In this document: piece after piece, positions 55,845 to 64,000 of the stretch | How positions within the stretch are numbered: the first letter of the stretch is position 1 | How the letters are laid out: each line of letters starts with the position of its first letter | Assembly: GCA_013152715.1 (NCBI GenBank) | Contig: JAADFU010000075.1 | Location: 1,804-65,803 of the forward strand | Source of the DNA: Calditrichota bacterium | GTDB lineage: Bacteria > Zhuqueibacterota > Zhuqueibacteria > Thermofontimicrobiales > Thermofontimicrobiaceae | Direction of reading: 5' to 3' | DNA length: 64,000 nt | Notes under the pieces: generated by a model | Seen by the model: only the letters and a program-made list of their open reading frames with translations | What the model was told of the DNA's origin: nothing | The model's database searches: none | Translations under genes and position numbers: made by a program

Positions 55845-56759
55845 ATGAGTAAACCAAAAACATGGGTGATGGCTGTTCGTGCTCCGTTTTTCACTGCGAG
55901 TATTGTCCCTGTTTTATTGGGAACCTCGATTGCCTATTATCAAAACGTTTCCATTAATTGGCTTTACTTTTTGCTGACGCTTATTGCTGGCGTGTTCTTG
56001 CACGCAGGCGCAAATGTAATTAATGATTATTTTGATCACGTGACACAAAATGATGAAATCAATACAGAATTTGTGCGACCATTTACCGGCGGCAGCCGTA
56101 TGATCCAAAACGGGTTGATGACTCCGAAAGAGGTGCTCGCGGAAGGGCTGATTTGTCTGTTCATTGGCAGCGCCATTGGTTTTTATCTTGTCTATCAATT
56201 CGGTTGGGTCATTTTGGCGCTGGGCGTTTTCGGTGTATTTTCTTCTGTTTTTTACGTGGAACCGCGAGTGAATCTGGTAAGCCGTGGTATCGGAGAGCTT
56301 TTGATTGGATTGAATTTTGGCGTTTTGATGACCTTTGGCGCCTTTTACGTTCAAACTCAAAGTTTTTCCTGGCTGCCAATAATCGCTTCTCTGCCGGTGG
56401 CGCTGCTCATCGCTGCGGTTCTGTACATTAACGAATTTCCGGATGCCAAAGCGGATTATGCCGTGGGCAAATTGCATCTGGTGGTTCGCCTGGGGAAAGA
56501 AAAAGCAGTCAAGGGCTTTGTACTGATGATCATGCTCACTTATTTGGTTGTTATCGTCGGCGTGGCAGTCGATTTTCTGCCGCCAATGGCATTGATTTCG
56601 CTGCTCACTTTGCCGCTGGCTTTGAAAGCGATCAAAGTGGCGCAGGCGAATTACGACGATAGCCTCAAACTAGTCCCGGCGAACGCCAGCACGATCATGA
56701 ATCATCTGTTCACAGGTTTGTTGCTGACGATTGCGTTTTTCATTGACCGATTAATTTAG
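55845..56759 (+). CDS. menA: UbiA-family prenyltransferase, MenA-like (1,4-dihydroxy-2-naphthoate polyprenyltransferase)
   Basis: ATG 55845 after GAGGAG. N-terminus WVMAVRAPFFTASIVPVLLGTSIAY. First Asp-rich motif NVINDYFDH. Eight to nine TM helices. Second motif region INEFPDAKAD. Confidence 0.7.
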   Translation: MSKPKTWVMAVRAPFFTASIVPVLLGTSIAYYQNVSINWLYFLLTLIAGVFLHAGANVINDYFDHVTQNDEINTEFVRPFTGGSRMIQNGLMTPKEVLAEGLICLFIGSAIGFYLVYQFGWVILALGVFGVFSSVFYVEPRVNLVSRGIGELLIGLNFGVLMTFGAFYVQTQSFSWLPIIASLPVALLIAAVLYINEFPDAKADYAVGKLHLVVRLGKEKAVKGFVLMIMLTYLVVIVGVAVDFLPPMALISLLTLPLALKAIKVAQANYDDSLKLVPANASTIMNHLFTGLLLTIAFFIDRLI

Positions 56760-56787
56760 TCTGCGGGCAAATTGTACAGGGAAAAGT

Positions 56788-57132
56788 ATGGCAGAACAGC
56801 ATAAAATCGTGCTTCGTCGTGTCGGCGAAAAAAGTGACATCATCAAAATCCAGTTCACTGCAACGGTGCCGACGGATATTGCAGACAGTTATTTAGCGGC
56901 TGCTTTTGGCAAGTGCTTCAAGAATAAATTTTACAAAATCATTCTTGACATGAAACACATTGACGAACCCAATTACCGTTTCATCGCCACTGTCATCGAA
57001 GCCACGACAAAAGTTCGTTCACGAAATGGAGACGTCAAGCTGATTAATGTATCTGATGCGGCAAATCACACGATTAATTCCTTCAATGCCTACACTTATT
57101 TGACAATCGACGAAAAGAAAAAGAATAAATGA
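56788..57132 (+). CDS. hypothetical protein, possibly STAS-fold (weak)
   Basis: A 114-aa protein with a beta-alpha pattern (DIIKIQFTATVPTDIADSYLAAAF...KIILDMKHIDEPNYRFIATVIEA...GDVKLINVSDAANHTI) reminiscent of STAS, but without a DSSG serine. Confidence 0.4.
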   Translation: MAEQHKIVLRRVGEKSDIIKIQFTATVPTDIADSYLAAAFGKCFKNKFYKIILDMKHIDEPNYRFIATVIEATTKVRSRNGDVKLINVSDAANHTINSFNAYTYLTIDEKKKNK

Positions 57133-57135
57133 AAT

Positions 57136-57178
57136 AAAAAAAGTGATGCCGAAGTTGACCTACGGCATCACTTTTTTG
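57136..57178. terminator. bidirectional intrinsic terminator between convergent genes
   Basis: An A-tract, AGTGATGCCG (57142-57151), an 11-nt loop, CGGCATCACT (57163-57172), then TTTTTT. The 10-bp perfect stem is flanked by A and T runs, so it can serve both 56788-57132 (+) and 57196-59085 (-). Confidence 0.75.
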
Positions 57179-57195
57179 TCTGAAGTCGATTGCAA

Positions 57196-59085
57196 TTACT
57201 TCGTGAGAATCATGCGTTTAACTTCCTGAAAATTATTAATTTTCAACTGATAGAAATAAACGCCGCTGACCACCTTCCTGCCAAACTGATCCGTGCCGTC
57301 CCATTCAATTTCATGACTGCCGGCGCTGATTCTGCCATTTTGCAATACTTTCACCAACTGACCTGAAGCATTGAAAACTGACAAAGTCACATGCTCAGGC
57401 TGCGGCAACTCAAATCGAATTTGAGTCGTGGGATTGAACGGATTGGGGAAATTCTGGAACAAATGAATCGTCGTGGGCTGCAAAATTCTGTCTTTTACTG
57501 CCACTCCGCTTCCGGGCGACAACACAAAATCCTGTCCTGTCAAATCCACACCTGTGGATAAATAGAAAGATCGTTGCGCCGGATCAGACGAATATCCGGA
57601 AAGATAAACGCCCGTATGGTAGTCGCCTTCCAGAATATTTTCAAAATTATAATTTCCGCTGGCGTCGGTGTAAGTGATCAGAAAGCCTTCCGGTGACTCT
57701 TCAAAGTTATTCTCCGCGACCACGTAAACATTACCGGCGCCGGAGCCATCAGCAAAAGTCACCACACCGGAAATACCGGTCACGCCGCCCACTGGTTGAA
57801 ACTGAAAATCTTTGCCCGTCACAGTTTGATTTGGCGCGACATTAATTTGCATGTAGCCGCCCATAGGCGAAGTAATATTATATCCTTCTTTGTAAGCGAC
57901 AAGCGTGCTAATCATGCCGGGCAAAACTCCCAGACGATACTCTCCGTTTTCGTCGGTATTTGTCATGTACATGTGGAATTGAAAAGTCGTAACATCCAGA
58001 GACATAGCAGTAATTTGCACATCAGCCAGCGGCTCGCCGTTCGTTGTACATTTTCCCGTGATAAACGAATGATATGGTCTAAAAACAAAATCTGCTGTGA
58101 GATCCTGTCCGCTTCCGACCATTAAAGTGTCAGCCTCCGGGTGCACGTAATAATCTGAAGGCCAATTTTCATTACGCATATTTAACATGGGAGACGGAGA
58201 GACGATCACCAGGCCCGGCATAACGCCGATTTGATAATTTCCCTGCGCATCAGTAGTAGACATGCTTCCAAAAGGATTCGTCGGATCGGTGCTTATCGCA
58301 AAAACCATAATTCCCGCGACTGGCGTGCCATCATTTTTCTTGACATTGCCGTGCACTGAACTCTCGAAAGCTTCCAGTTGAAAATCGACTGTCTGGCTTT
58401 GATCGTTGCTCACAGTCACTGTGACTGTGTCTGAGGGTTGATAATCCACCGAAGGAAATTGCATGGCGACGGCGGCATAAGTTCCGTTGGTAACGGAAAT
58501 CTTATAATCACCATCTTGATCTGTGATGCCAAAAAAGGCGTCCTCATTTTCGCCGTTCGCCGCGATGACGAAAACATTTTGTATGGGTGCGCCGGTTGAT
58601 TTGGCAGTTACTTTTCCCTGAATGAACGGCGGCTGCGGCTCAACCTGAATGTGCATTTTCACAAAATCTTCGCTGCCATCTTCATCCACAAAACGGATAA
58701 GCATGGTCAAACCAGTCGGCAGTAAAACTTCCGTGGGGTCGATGGTAAATGTCGTATGAATTTTGCCATCAACGCCGGTTTCGTCGCCGGCAAAATCATT
58801 TTCCGAATCCTGCGGGTCTTTGATCCAGCCGATGCCGTCGGTCAGGTAGAAAAATTCTACGATCTCTTCCATGGCGCCGATTTTCCCGTCATTATCCATA
58901 TCGACGTAATATTCGACGGCAACTTTGTTCCCCGGCGCAGCGAGATCACAAGTAAAAACCAGATCGACGGGCAGTTGAGTAATCGTAATTTCTTTTTGGC
59001 CGTTTATTTTGGCATTAGTCACTGCAAGGACTAATGTCGGCAGCGCAATCAAAATGACGACTAAAATTGTAAGCTTCTTTGCCAT
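57196..59085 (-). CDS. secreted protein with repeated CarboxypepD_reg/Ig-like beta-sandwich modules and a T9SS C-terminal sorting domain
   Basis: Signal peptide (LTILVVILIALPTLVLAV). Several (G)xVxxxxGxPxxxVxVxA...DxxGxYxI modules. C-terminus LFQNFPNPFNPTTQIRFELPQPEHVTLSVFNASGQLVKVLQNG...WDGTDQFGRKVVSGVYFYQLKINNFQEVKRMILTK. GGAGG upstream of the ATG. Confidence 0.85.
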   Translation of the reverse strand: MAKKLTILVVILIALPTLVLAVTNAKINGQKEITITQLPVDLVFTCDLAAPGNKVAVEYYVDMDNDGKIGAMEEIVEFFYLTDGIGWIKDPQDSENDFAGDETGVDGKIHTTFTIDPTEVLLPTGLTMLIRFVDEDGSEDFVKMHIQVEPQPPFIQGKVTAKSTGAPIQNVFVIAANGENEDAFFGITDQDGDYKISVTNGTYAAVAMQFPSVDYQPSDTVTVTVSNDQSQTVDFQLEAFESSVHGNVKKNDGTPVAGIMVFAISTDPTNPFGSMSTTDAQGNYQIGVMPGLVIVSPSPMLNMRNENWPSDYYVHPEADTLMVGSGQDLTADFVFRPYHSFITGKCTTNGEPLADVQITAMSLDVTTFQFHMYMTNTDENGEYRLGVLPGMISTLVAYKEGYNITSPMGGYMQINVAPNQTVTGKDFQFQPVGGVTGISGVVTFADGSGAGNVYVVAENNFEESPEGFLITYTDASGNYNFENILEGDYHTGVYLSGYSSDPAQRSFYLSTGVDLTGQDFVLSPGSGVAVKDRILQPTTIHLFQNFPNPFNPTTQIRFELPQPEHVTLSVFNASGQLVKVLQNGRISAGSHEIEWDGTDQFGRKVVSGVYFYQLKINNFQEVKRMILTK

Positions 59086-59711
59086 AAAAAAACCTCCATA
59101 GTTTGTTTTAACTTATTGAATTTTAATAAAAATTTTTAGCAATTCTCATCAAAAAGGATACCGGGGATACAGCAATGACTGAAAGAAGAAACCGCTGCTC
59201 TGCATTGATCTAATAAGTTTTGTACAAATTTTCAAGCGTCTTTTTTCAGCCACCGCTAAAAATTTCCTATCACCCCTCCTGGGATTGCCCTGCATTGTCA
59301 AATGAATTCAATTTTCCAAACCTTTAAAAAAGCGAGCGCAAAACAGAAAGACATCACGCTACAAAAACAGGCTTATCGACAATCCAGGAATGTAACATAG
59401 AGATGCAGATATTTTTAACTGTTATTATATATCATTTTCTTTCAAAAAATGCAAGCATTTTTTGAAAAATTTTTATTTTAAATTAAGTTAAAAAATTTTG
59501 CGCACTATCAATATGATGGATGTCACATTTGGGGAAGAATTCATTTTTCGGCGAGAAAACGATCTCTAAATAGCCGCAAAGACGCTCGAGATGAAAAAAA
59601 ATTAGCCGAGTGAAAAAGATTATCACTAACACGAAAAAAAGGACCTCGGGCTTTTTTGCTGATCCTGGAATTTTGTCAACACGCGTAAGTGAGATTAGAT
59701 TTATCTCCAAT

Positions 59712-61496
59712 TTATTGGCTTGTTTCTTCCTTCATTTCGATCAGAGGAAAAATGAGCAATTCGCCGACTTTGAGCTTGTTCAGCGCGCGATCAGGGTTGT
59801 ATTTGGCGACAAGCCAGTAGGGCACATTGTACCTGTTATTGCATAAATCCCAGATGTTATCACCGGATTTGACGCGATGCATCTTGAGGCCTTTTATCTG
59901 ATAGCGGGAAAAGAAATTATTCTCCTGAGCCTGGCGATACTCAATTCGTTTTCTGTCAAATTCCGCTCTGGTCACATTTTTGAACGATAGTTTGATTTTT
60001 TGATCCATACGAATCGGTTCCCCGAAAGAAAGGCCATTGATGCGTCGCAACTCGCGCGTCGAAATTTTGAGCCAGTCAGCAAAATGACCCAGCGTTTCAT
60101 TGGACCCTACTTTTACAAAATCATAACTGCTATTTTCGCTTGCTTCTGCTTTTTTCGGTAGAGCAAAGGAGCGAAGCGATTCTTTGACGCTGTTTTTCTG
60201 TGATGATTCCCGTTCTGCCCGCTTGACAGCAGTAGATTTTTCACTCGCTGCAAGCTGCGGCGTCTGCGAGTTAGTTCCTTCATTCAAAGCATATTTTTCA
60301 TGCCCCGAAATCAGAGACCAGGCAACTCCGTATTGAGCGTCTTCACGATAAGGTATTTTCAATTTGTAACCGCGCGGGATTCTTCTCTGGGACTGCAACG
60401 TGCGTTTTTTCAGCGACGGATTGAACTCGCGAATGACATCCTCCGGCAACTTCAATATTCGGGAAATATGTTTGAAATAACTGTTAGACGGCAAGCGATA
60501 TTCCACGTATCGCATCGGCGGCTCAAAATTGATTTCGCCAAAGTAAATGCGATAATTTCTGCTCACTTCCAGAGCCGCCAAAAACTCGGCGTAAAAATTT
60601 TTCGAAGCAAATTTAAATGATCTGCTGTTGTATTTTTGAATTATTTCTCCGATGTCGCGGGCGCCGACTTTTTTAACCGCCTTTTCCATGCCATGCACGC
60701 CGTGGTTGTAAGCCGTGATGGCAAGGGGCCAGTTGCCCAGTTTTTCGTAATTCTCTTTCAACAATTTCGCCGCCGCGACAGTGGCAGAGATGGGATCAAA
60801 TCGTTCGTCCACGGTGTAGTTTATCTTCAAAAATCGCCGTCCGGTGCGGCGCGTGAACTGCCAGATGCCGGCAGCGCCTACTTTCGAATAGGATTTTACA
60901 TGAAAAAGCGATTCTACAAAAGGTAACGCCGCTAATTCCAGTGGCAAATCAAACTCTCGAAAGATGCGATTAATGTGCTCTGCATAACGGCCAGAGCGAA
61001 TCAATCCTTCACGGAATTGATCGCGAAGACCCTGCTGTCCTCGAATATTGTCGATTGCTCTTAAAAATGTCTCAGGGGTAGGATTCTCATGGAAAAGATT
61101 GTACACATAACGCTCGCGCGCGTGCAGGGTGTCCGGGTTCAAAGTATCGGCGGAGGCTAGTTTTTTCAAAATTTGACAATATCTGTCTTTGACAGAATCG
61201 GCGTAATTCCATTTGGCTTTTTCGGTAACCGCTTCTTCGGGAAATGCATCGTCTAAATCGATCACTTCGTAAATTATCGACAAATTTTCCGAATCATGAA
61301 TGACGATCTGGTCGCTGTCGTAAAGCGTGTAAATGGAGGTCCAAAACCGAATATTCGGTCGCAGGACATCGGGCTGCGGGAACAAATCCTGATCGATCTC
61401 CAGCGCATGCAACGGCGCAATCAGTAAACAGCCAAAAACCCAGCTTCGGACGAGCCAGTGATTCAAACTTCGCAGCAAAAACAATGTTGTCTTCAT
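59712..61496 (-). CDS. MltD-like lytic transglycosylase with two C-terminal LysM domains
   Basis: SLT catalytic region (LPFVESLFHVKSYSKVGAAGIWQFTRRTGR...AITAYNHG). LysM-like segments (VKVGSNETLGHFADWLKISTRELRRINGL; HRVKSGDNIWDLCNNRYNVPYWLVAKYNP). Confidence 0.85.
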   Translation of the reverse strand: MKTTLFLLRSLNHWLVRSWVFGCLLIAPLHALEIDQDLFPQPDVLRPNIRFWTSIYTLYDSDQIVIHDSENLSIIYEVIDLDDAFPEEAVTEKAKWNYADSVKDRYCQILKKLASADTLNPDTLHARERYVYNLFHENPTPETFLRAIDNIRGQQGLRDQFREGLIRSGRYAEHINRIFREFDLPLELAALPFVESLFHVKSYSKVGAAGIWQFTRRTGRRFLKINYTVDERFDPISATVAAAKLLKENYEKLGNWPLAITAYNHGVHGMEKAVKKVGARDIGEIIQKYNSRSFKFASKNFYAEFLAALEVSRNYRIYFGEINFEPPMRYVEYRLPSNSYFKHISRILKLPEDVIREFNPSLKKRTLQSQRRIPRGYKLKIPYREDAQYGVAWSLISGHEKYALNEGTNSQTPQLAASEKSTAVKRAERESSQKNSVKESLRSFALPKKAEASENSSYDFVKVGSNETLGHFADWLKISTRELRRINGLSFGEPIRMDQKIKLSFKNVTRAEFDRKRIEYRQAQENNFFSRYQIKGLKMHRVKSGDNIWDLCNNRYNVPYWLVAKYNPDRALNKLKVGELLIFPLIEMKEETSQ

Positions 61497-61846
61497 CGTC
61501 GCCTTTTGGAATTAGGAAAGATTTCTATGTTGCCGATTTATTTACTTCGCCCTTTTTTTACGCCTCCGTCAAATAATCAGAGCAAAAAAGATACCAGAGT
61601 TATTTTGCTGATAAAAAATTAAATACGTTAAATATTATTTTTTAATCTATATTTATCAATATGTTAGAACGCTAAATTGAACCATCAGCAATTTATTGTA
61701 GTTTTAACAAGTTAAAAAATAAGTAGTTAACTGCTTCAGCAGTTTTGCTTTAGATTTATTACTTTGTCGATTACCAACTTTTCGGAATTACGACCACGAT
61801 AGCAACACAGCGGTCGCACGCCATCATTTCAAAATGAAATCAAAAA

Positions 61847-62326
61847 TTAAAATAAATCATCAATGTCTTCGTCCACGTCAAATTCGTCCTCGTAGCGACG
61901 TTTGAGAAAGCGCGCTTTTGAAGGATCTGTGCGCAAAATCCGCTCGATAACTTCGACTAATTCTGACTTTTCCATGGAGTCGAGATTTTCCACCATTCTG
62001 CCCACATCCAAAAAATCTTCCCGATCATTGACCCAGGAATACAGCAACGAAATCACATGTTTGCACAAGCGGTCTCTGGCGCCGCAGCTACAGGAAGACA
62101 AAAGCTGGCGACCGTCAGCGATAATTTGAATCTGAAACTCATCAACGACCTCACGAACGGTTGCGGTAATTTTATTGCGAAAGACAGCCGCTTTGACGAC
62201 CTGACCATTGCAATAATAATCCCAGCTTTCTCCGTCAGTGTTTTCATTGTCTAACAGCGCCACCATTCTCTCGGAAATATTCATCAATTCTTCGACTATC
62301 TTATTATCTTCATCGTAAGTAATCAT
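61847..62326 (-). CDS. SWIM zinc-finger protein
   Basis: CxCx(6)CxH motif SCSCGARDRLCKHVISLLYSW. Acidic C-terminus. No other domain recognised. Confidence 0.65.
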   Translation of the reverse strand: MITYDEDNKIVEELMNISERMVALLDNENTDGESWDYYCNGQVVKAAVFRNKITATVREVVDEFQIQIIADGRQLLSSCSCGARDRLCKHVISLLYSWVNDREDFLDVGRMVENLDSMEKSELVEVIERILRTDPSKARFLKRRYEDEFDVDEDIDDLF

Positions 62327-62460
62327 TGATTGTGCCTTTGGAAAAATTCATCTTAAATTTATCAAAAAAAATATCCGCCCCAAATTGAAAGCGGAAATTG
62401 ACTGGAAATAATAATTTTATTTTCAACAAAAAATAGCTATCAATTACCTGAGCTAACCTT

Positions 62461-62811
62461 TCACAAAATAATATATTTAATTTTAGGCAAAAAATCAAGT
62501 GATTTTTTACTGATTTTTCGACCAAATTGAATTTTCTCAAAATTGGGTCTTGCAATAATGTCATTATTTGCACCATCGGCGTACAAAATAAAACTGGCGA
62601 CGCTATCTTTGACAAGCTGAAGATTATCGTGCCGGCGTACTGACAGACGAATATTTCGAAACAGCTTTGCTCTCTCCAGATCACGTTGCGCGTAAATCTT
62701 CGTCAAAAGCTGCTGCACACGATTGCAAACCAGCGCCTGATTGAAATGAATGAAGAAATCCGCACTATCAAAAATTTGATGATTCAATTTTTGCAAAAAG
62801 AATCCGGCCAC
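62461..62811 (-). CDS. hypothetical protein (weak call)
   Basis: A 116-aa ORF with GTG start. Its composition is more protein-like than the overlapping 62310-62684 ORF. AT-rich surroundings and no family recognised. Confidence 0.3.
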   Translation of the reverse strand: MAGFFLQKLNHQIFDSADFFIHFNQALVCNRVQQLLTKIYAQRDLERAKLFRNIRLSVRRHDNLQLVKDSVASFILYADGANNDIIARPNFEKIQFGRKISKKSLDFLPKIKYIIL

Positions 62812-62902
62812 GGCATGAGGGAATCAAAAACGGCGACTGATTAATCTGCTATTTTAAGCCTACATTTTTCCAAAAAGCGAATTCCAAAATTCAATTGAGA
62901 TT

Positions 62903-64000
62903 CTATTCCCCGACCGGCACAATCATCATCGCCAGCCCATTATTCGCTGCTACATTTCTTCGAATAATATGATTCTTTTCAACATCCATTTTTTGGATGC
63001 GGACGTGTGTTCTGCTCGGGAAAGCCGCATCGTCAGAATAGATTGACGCTGCATATTTTACGCCCGGCTTCAAAAATGATAGTTTGACTTCAAAAACACG
63101 TGGTTCTTCTCCGTTCACGCAACCGACAAACCAGTTTTCTCCGCTGCGTCGGGCAACCGTAGCGTATTTTCCGATTTCACCGGAGAGAAACTTTGTGTCA
63201 TCCCAAACAGTCGGGACTTCATCAAAAAATTCCAATTCTGGAGTTTCACTGATTACTTTTTCCAAATTTCCCGCCGGTAGTCCGCGCCGCGGCGGACTAT
63301 CATACCAGTAGAGAAATTGCCACGGGCTATACAGACAAACAGCTTTCGCCAACTGCGATGCATGAGACCCCATTCTTTCATCAACTCGTTTGGAAAAATA
63401 ACAGTTCGTATTATCTCCGGCGCCGGCAATCATTCGCGTGAAAAGTGTGATCAACGTATGCTCGTTGGTCGGCGCTTCCTCGTCGCCGCGAATGCCCTCG
63501 ACAGTCATCAAATTGGGGTAGGTGCGGGAGTAACCTGTGGGACGATATTCGTCGTGAATGTCCACCATCAACTTATTTTCCGCAGCTTTGCGGATCGCCT
63601 CATGCAGCCAGCGCGTCCAATATTGAGAGCCCACGTTCACAAAACCGTATTTCACCCCCGAAATACCCCATTTTCGATACAACGGCAAAATTTCATCCAA
63701 CTGTTTTTCCATCGCTCGGCGGTTCACATAAAGAATAATACCCACGCCTTTTTTGTGCGCATAGTTCACAACTTCAGCCAGATCAAGGGGGCCCGGCGAA
63801 CGTTTGGGATCGACGGTTACCGTTGTGGCGTCAGACGAATCGTCATACTCGTGGCCATACCAGCCGGCATCAAATTCCACAAACTGAAGATTATGTTTCG
63901 CGGCGAAATCCACGCAGGCTTTTCCGCCAGCCGTCGTCAAGGTAATTTCCCGAATGACTTTTCCGGGGCGAATCCAGGACGTATCTTCAATCTTGCACGG
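62903..64000 (-). CDS. GH97-family glycoside hydrolase (alpha-glucosidase/alpha-galactosidase type), C-terminal ~365 aa; ORF runs off the right edge
   Basis: The track's M at 63940 is an internal TTG. The frame stays open to base 64000 (my translation: PCKIEDTSWIRPGKVIREITLTTAGGKA...). GH97-like catalytic-barrel segments: FVEFDAGWYG, GIILYVNRRA, YRKWGISGVKYGFV, MVDIHDEYRPTGYSRTYPNLMTVEGIRGDE. Confidence 0.8.
   Translation of the reverse strand, partial: PCKIEDTSWIRPGKVIREITLTTAGGKACVDFAAKHNLQFVEFDAGWYGHEYDDSSDATTVTVDPKRSPGPLDLAEVVNYAHKKGVGIILYVNRRAMEKQLDEILPLYRKWGISGVKYGFVNVGSQYWTRWLHEAIRKAAENKLMVDIHDEYRPTGYSRTYPNLMTVEGIRGDEEAPTNEHTLITLFTRMIAGAGDNTNCYFSKRVDERMGSHASQLAKAVCLYSPWQFLYWYDSPPRRGLPAGNLEKVISETPELEFFDEVPTVWDDTKFLSGEIGKYATVARRSGENWFVGCVNGEEPRVFEVKLSFLKPGVKYAASIYSDDAAFPSRTHVRIQKMDVEKNHIIRRNVAANNGLAMMIVPVGE

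Noticed and set aside
59483-59710. 75-aa ORF in the 626-bp spacer between the transglycosylase and the T9SS cargo gene; the spacer was also considered as a possible ncRNA locus
   Set aside because: The ORF is hydrophobic and low-complexity with no SD. I could not recognise signatures of SRP RNA, RNase P RNA, tmRNA, 6S RNA or any riboswitch in the spacer. It more likely holds the promoter region of the cargo gene. It remains unexplained but unsupported as a feature.
62310-62684. 124-aa ORF overlapping 62461-62811
   Set aside because: The F/L/C-rich translation looks non-coding. The alternative frame (62461-62811) is marginally more protein-like, and even that one is reported only at low confidence.
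1-64000. Search for tRNA, rRNA, transposase/integrase genes, retron/DGR reverse transcriptases, and long direct or inverted repeats marking mobile elements
   Set aside because: I recognised no T-loop (GGTTCGAATCC-type) or anticodon-arm pattern, no rRNA segment, no DDE, tyrosine or serine recombinase motif, and no reverse-transcriptase motif. The only long similarity is the paralogy of the two TonB receptor genes. A by-eye search cannot exclude small or divergent elements.

Overview
Densely coding chromosomal segment of about 50 genes. Almost everything from 1 to 46 kb is on the minus strand. The protein content suggests an uncultivated member of the FCB (Fibrobacteres-Chlorobi-Bacteroidetes) superphylum outside classical Bacteroidia. 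This placement is an inference from four proteins plus one gene relic ending in FlgD-Ig/T9SS-type C-terminal sorting domains, two PorV/PorQ-like barrels, CarboxypepD_reg-type TonB receptors, and sigma70-like TTGACA/TATAAT promoters. Layout: (i) 1-14.8 kb, minus strand: an alpha-glucan utilisation locus. Order is LacI regulator with its own operator, TonB receptor, 1176-aa T9SS-sorted surface protein, PorV-like barrel, GH13 lipoprotein, PpiC chaperone, membrane protein, then a second paralogous TonB receptor that runs off the left edge and is missing from the ORF track. (ii) 15-24 kb: an orphan MntA-like nucleotidyltransferase, a leaderless penicillin-acylase-family hydrolase, and a heme-c (DUF3365-type) histidine kinase convergent with a REC-8xPAS-HisKA_2 hybrid kinase. 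(iii) 24-31.6 kb: an Mla/Pqi-like lipid-transport operon headed by a sigma-less partner-switching module (GAF-PP2C, RsbW-like kinase, STAS). A five-unit hairpin-repeat array splits mlaE from mlaF. (iv) 32-45 kb: conserved housekeeping block rplS-trmD-rimM-KH-rpsP-ffh / rnc-fabF-acpP-fabG-fabD-(lipoprotein)-fabH-plsX-rpmF-yceD. (v) 46.5-53.6 kb: an 8x DUF11-repeat T9SS cargo followed 2 nt later by a PorV-like barrel fused to two OmpA-like domains. (vi) 53.8-64 kb: a tail-anchored DKRFE-heptad protein, YitT, MenA, another T9SS cargo, an MltD-like transglycosylase, a SWIM protein, and a GH97 running off the right edge. I recognised no rRNA, tRNA, CRISPR array, transposase or integrase. Best candidates for undescribed biology: the partner-switching/Mla fusion operon (possible phospho-regulated MlaB), the recurring pairing of a T9SS cargo gene with its own PorV-like barrel (including the PorV-OmpA fusion), the SusD-less TonB/T9SS/PorV glucan locus, and two small structured-repeat families (the hairpin array in the mla operon; a 33-nt covarying hairpin 5' of two Shine-Dalgarno sites). 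All family assignments come from motif recognition by eye, not database searches.
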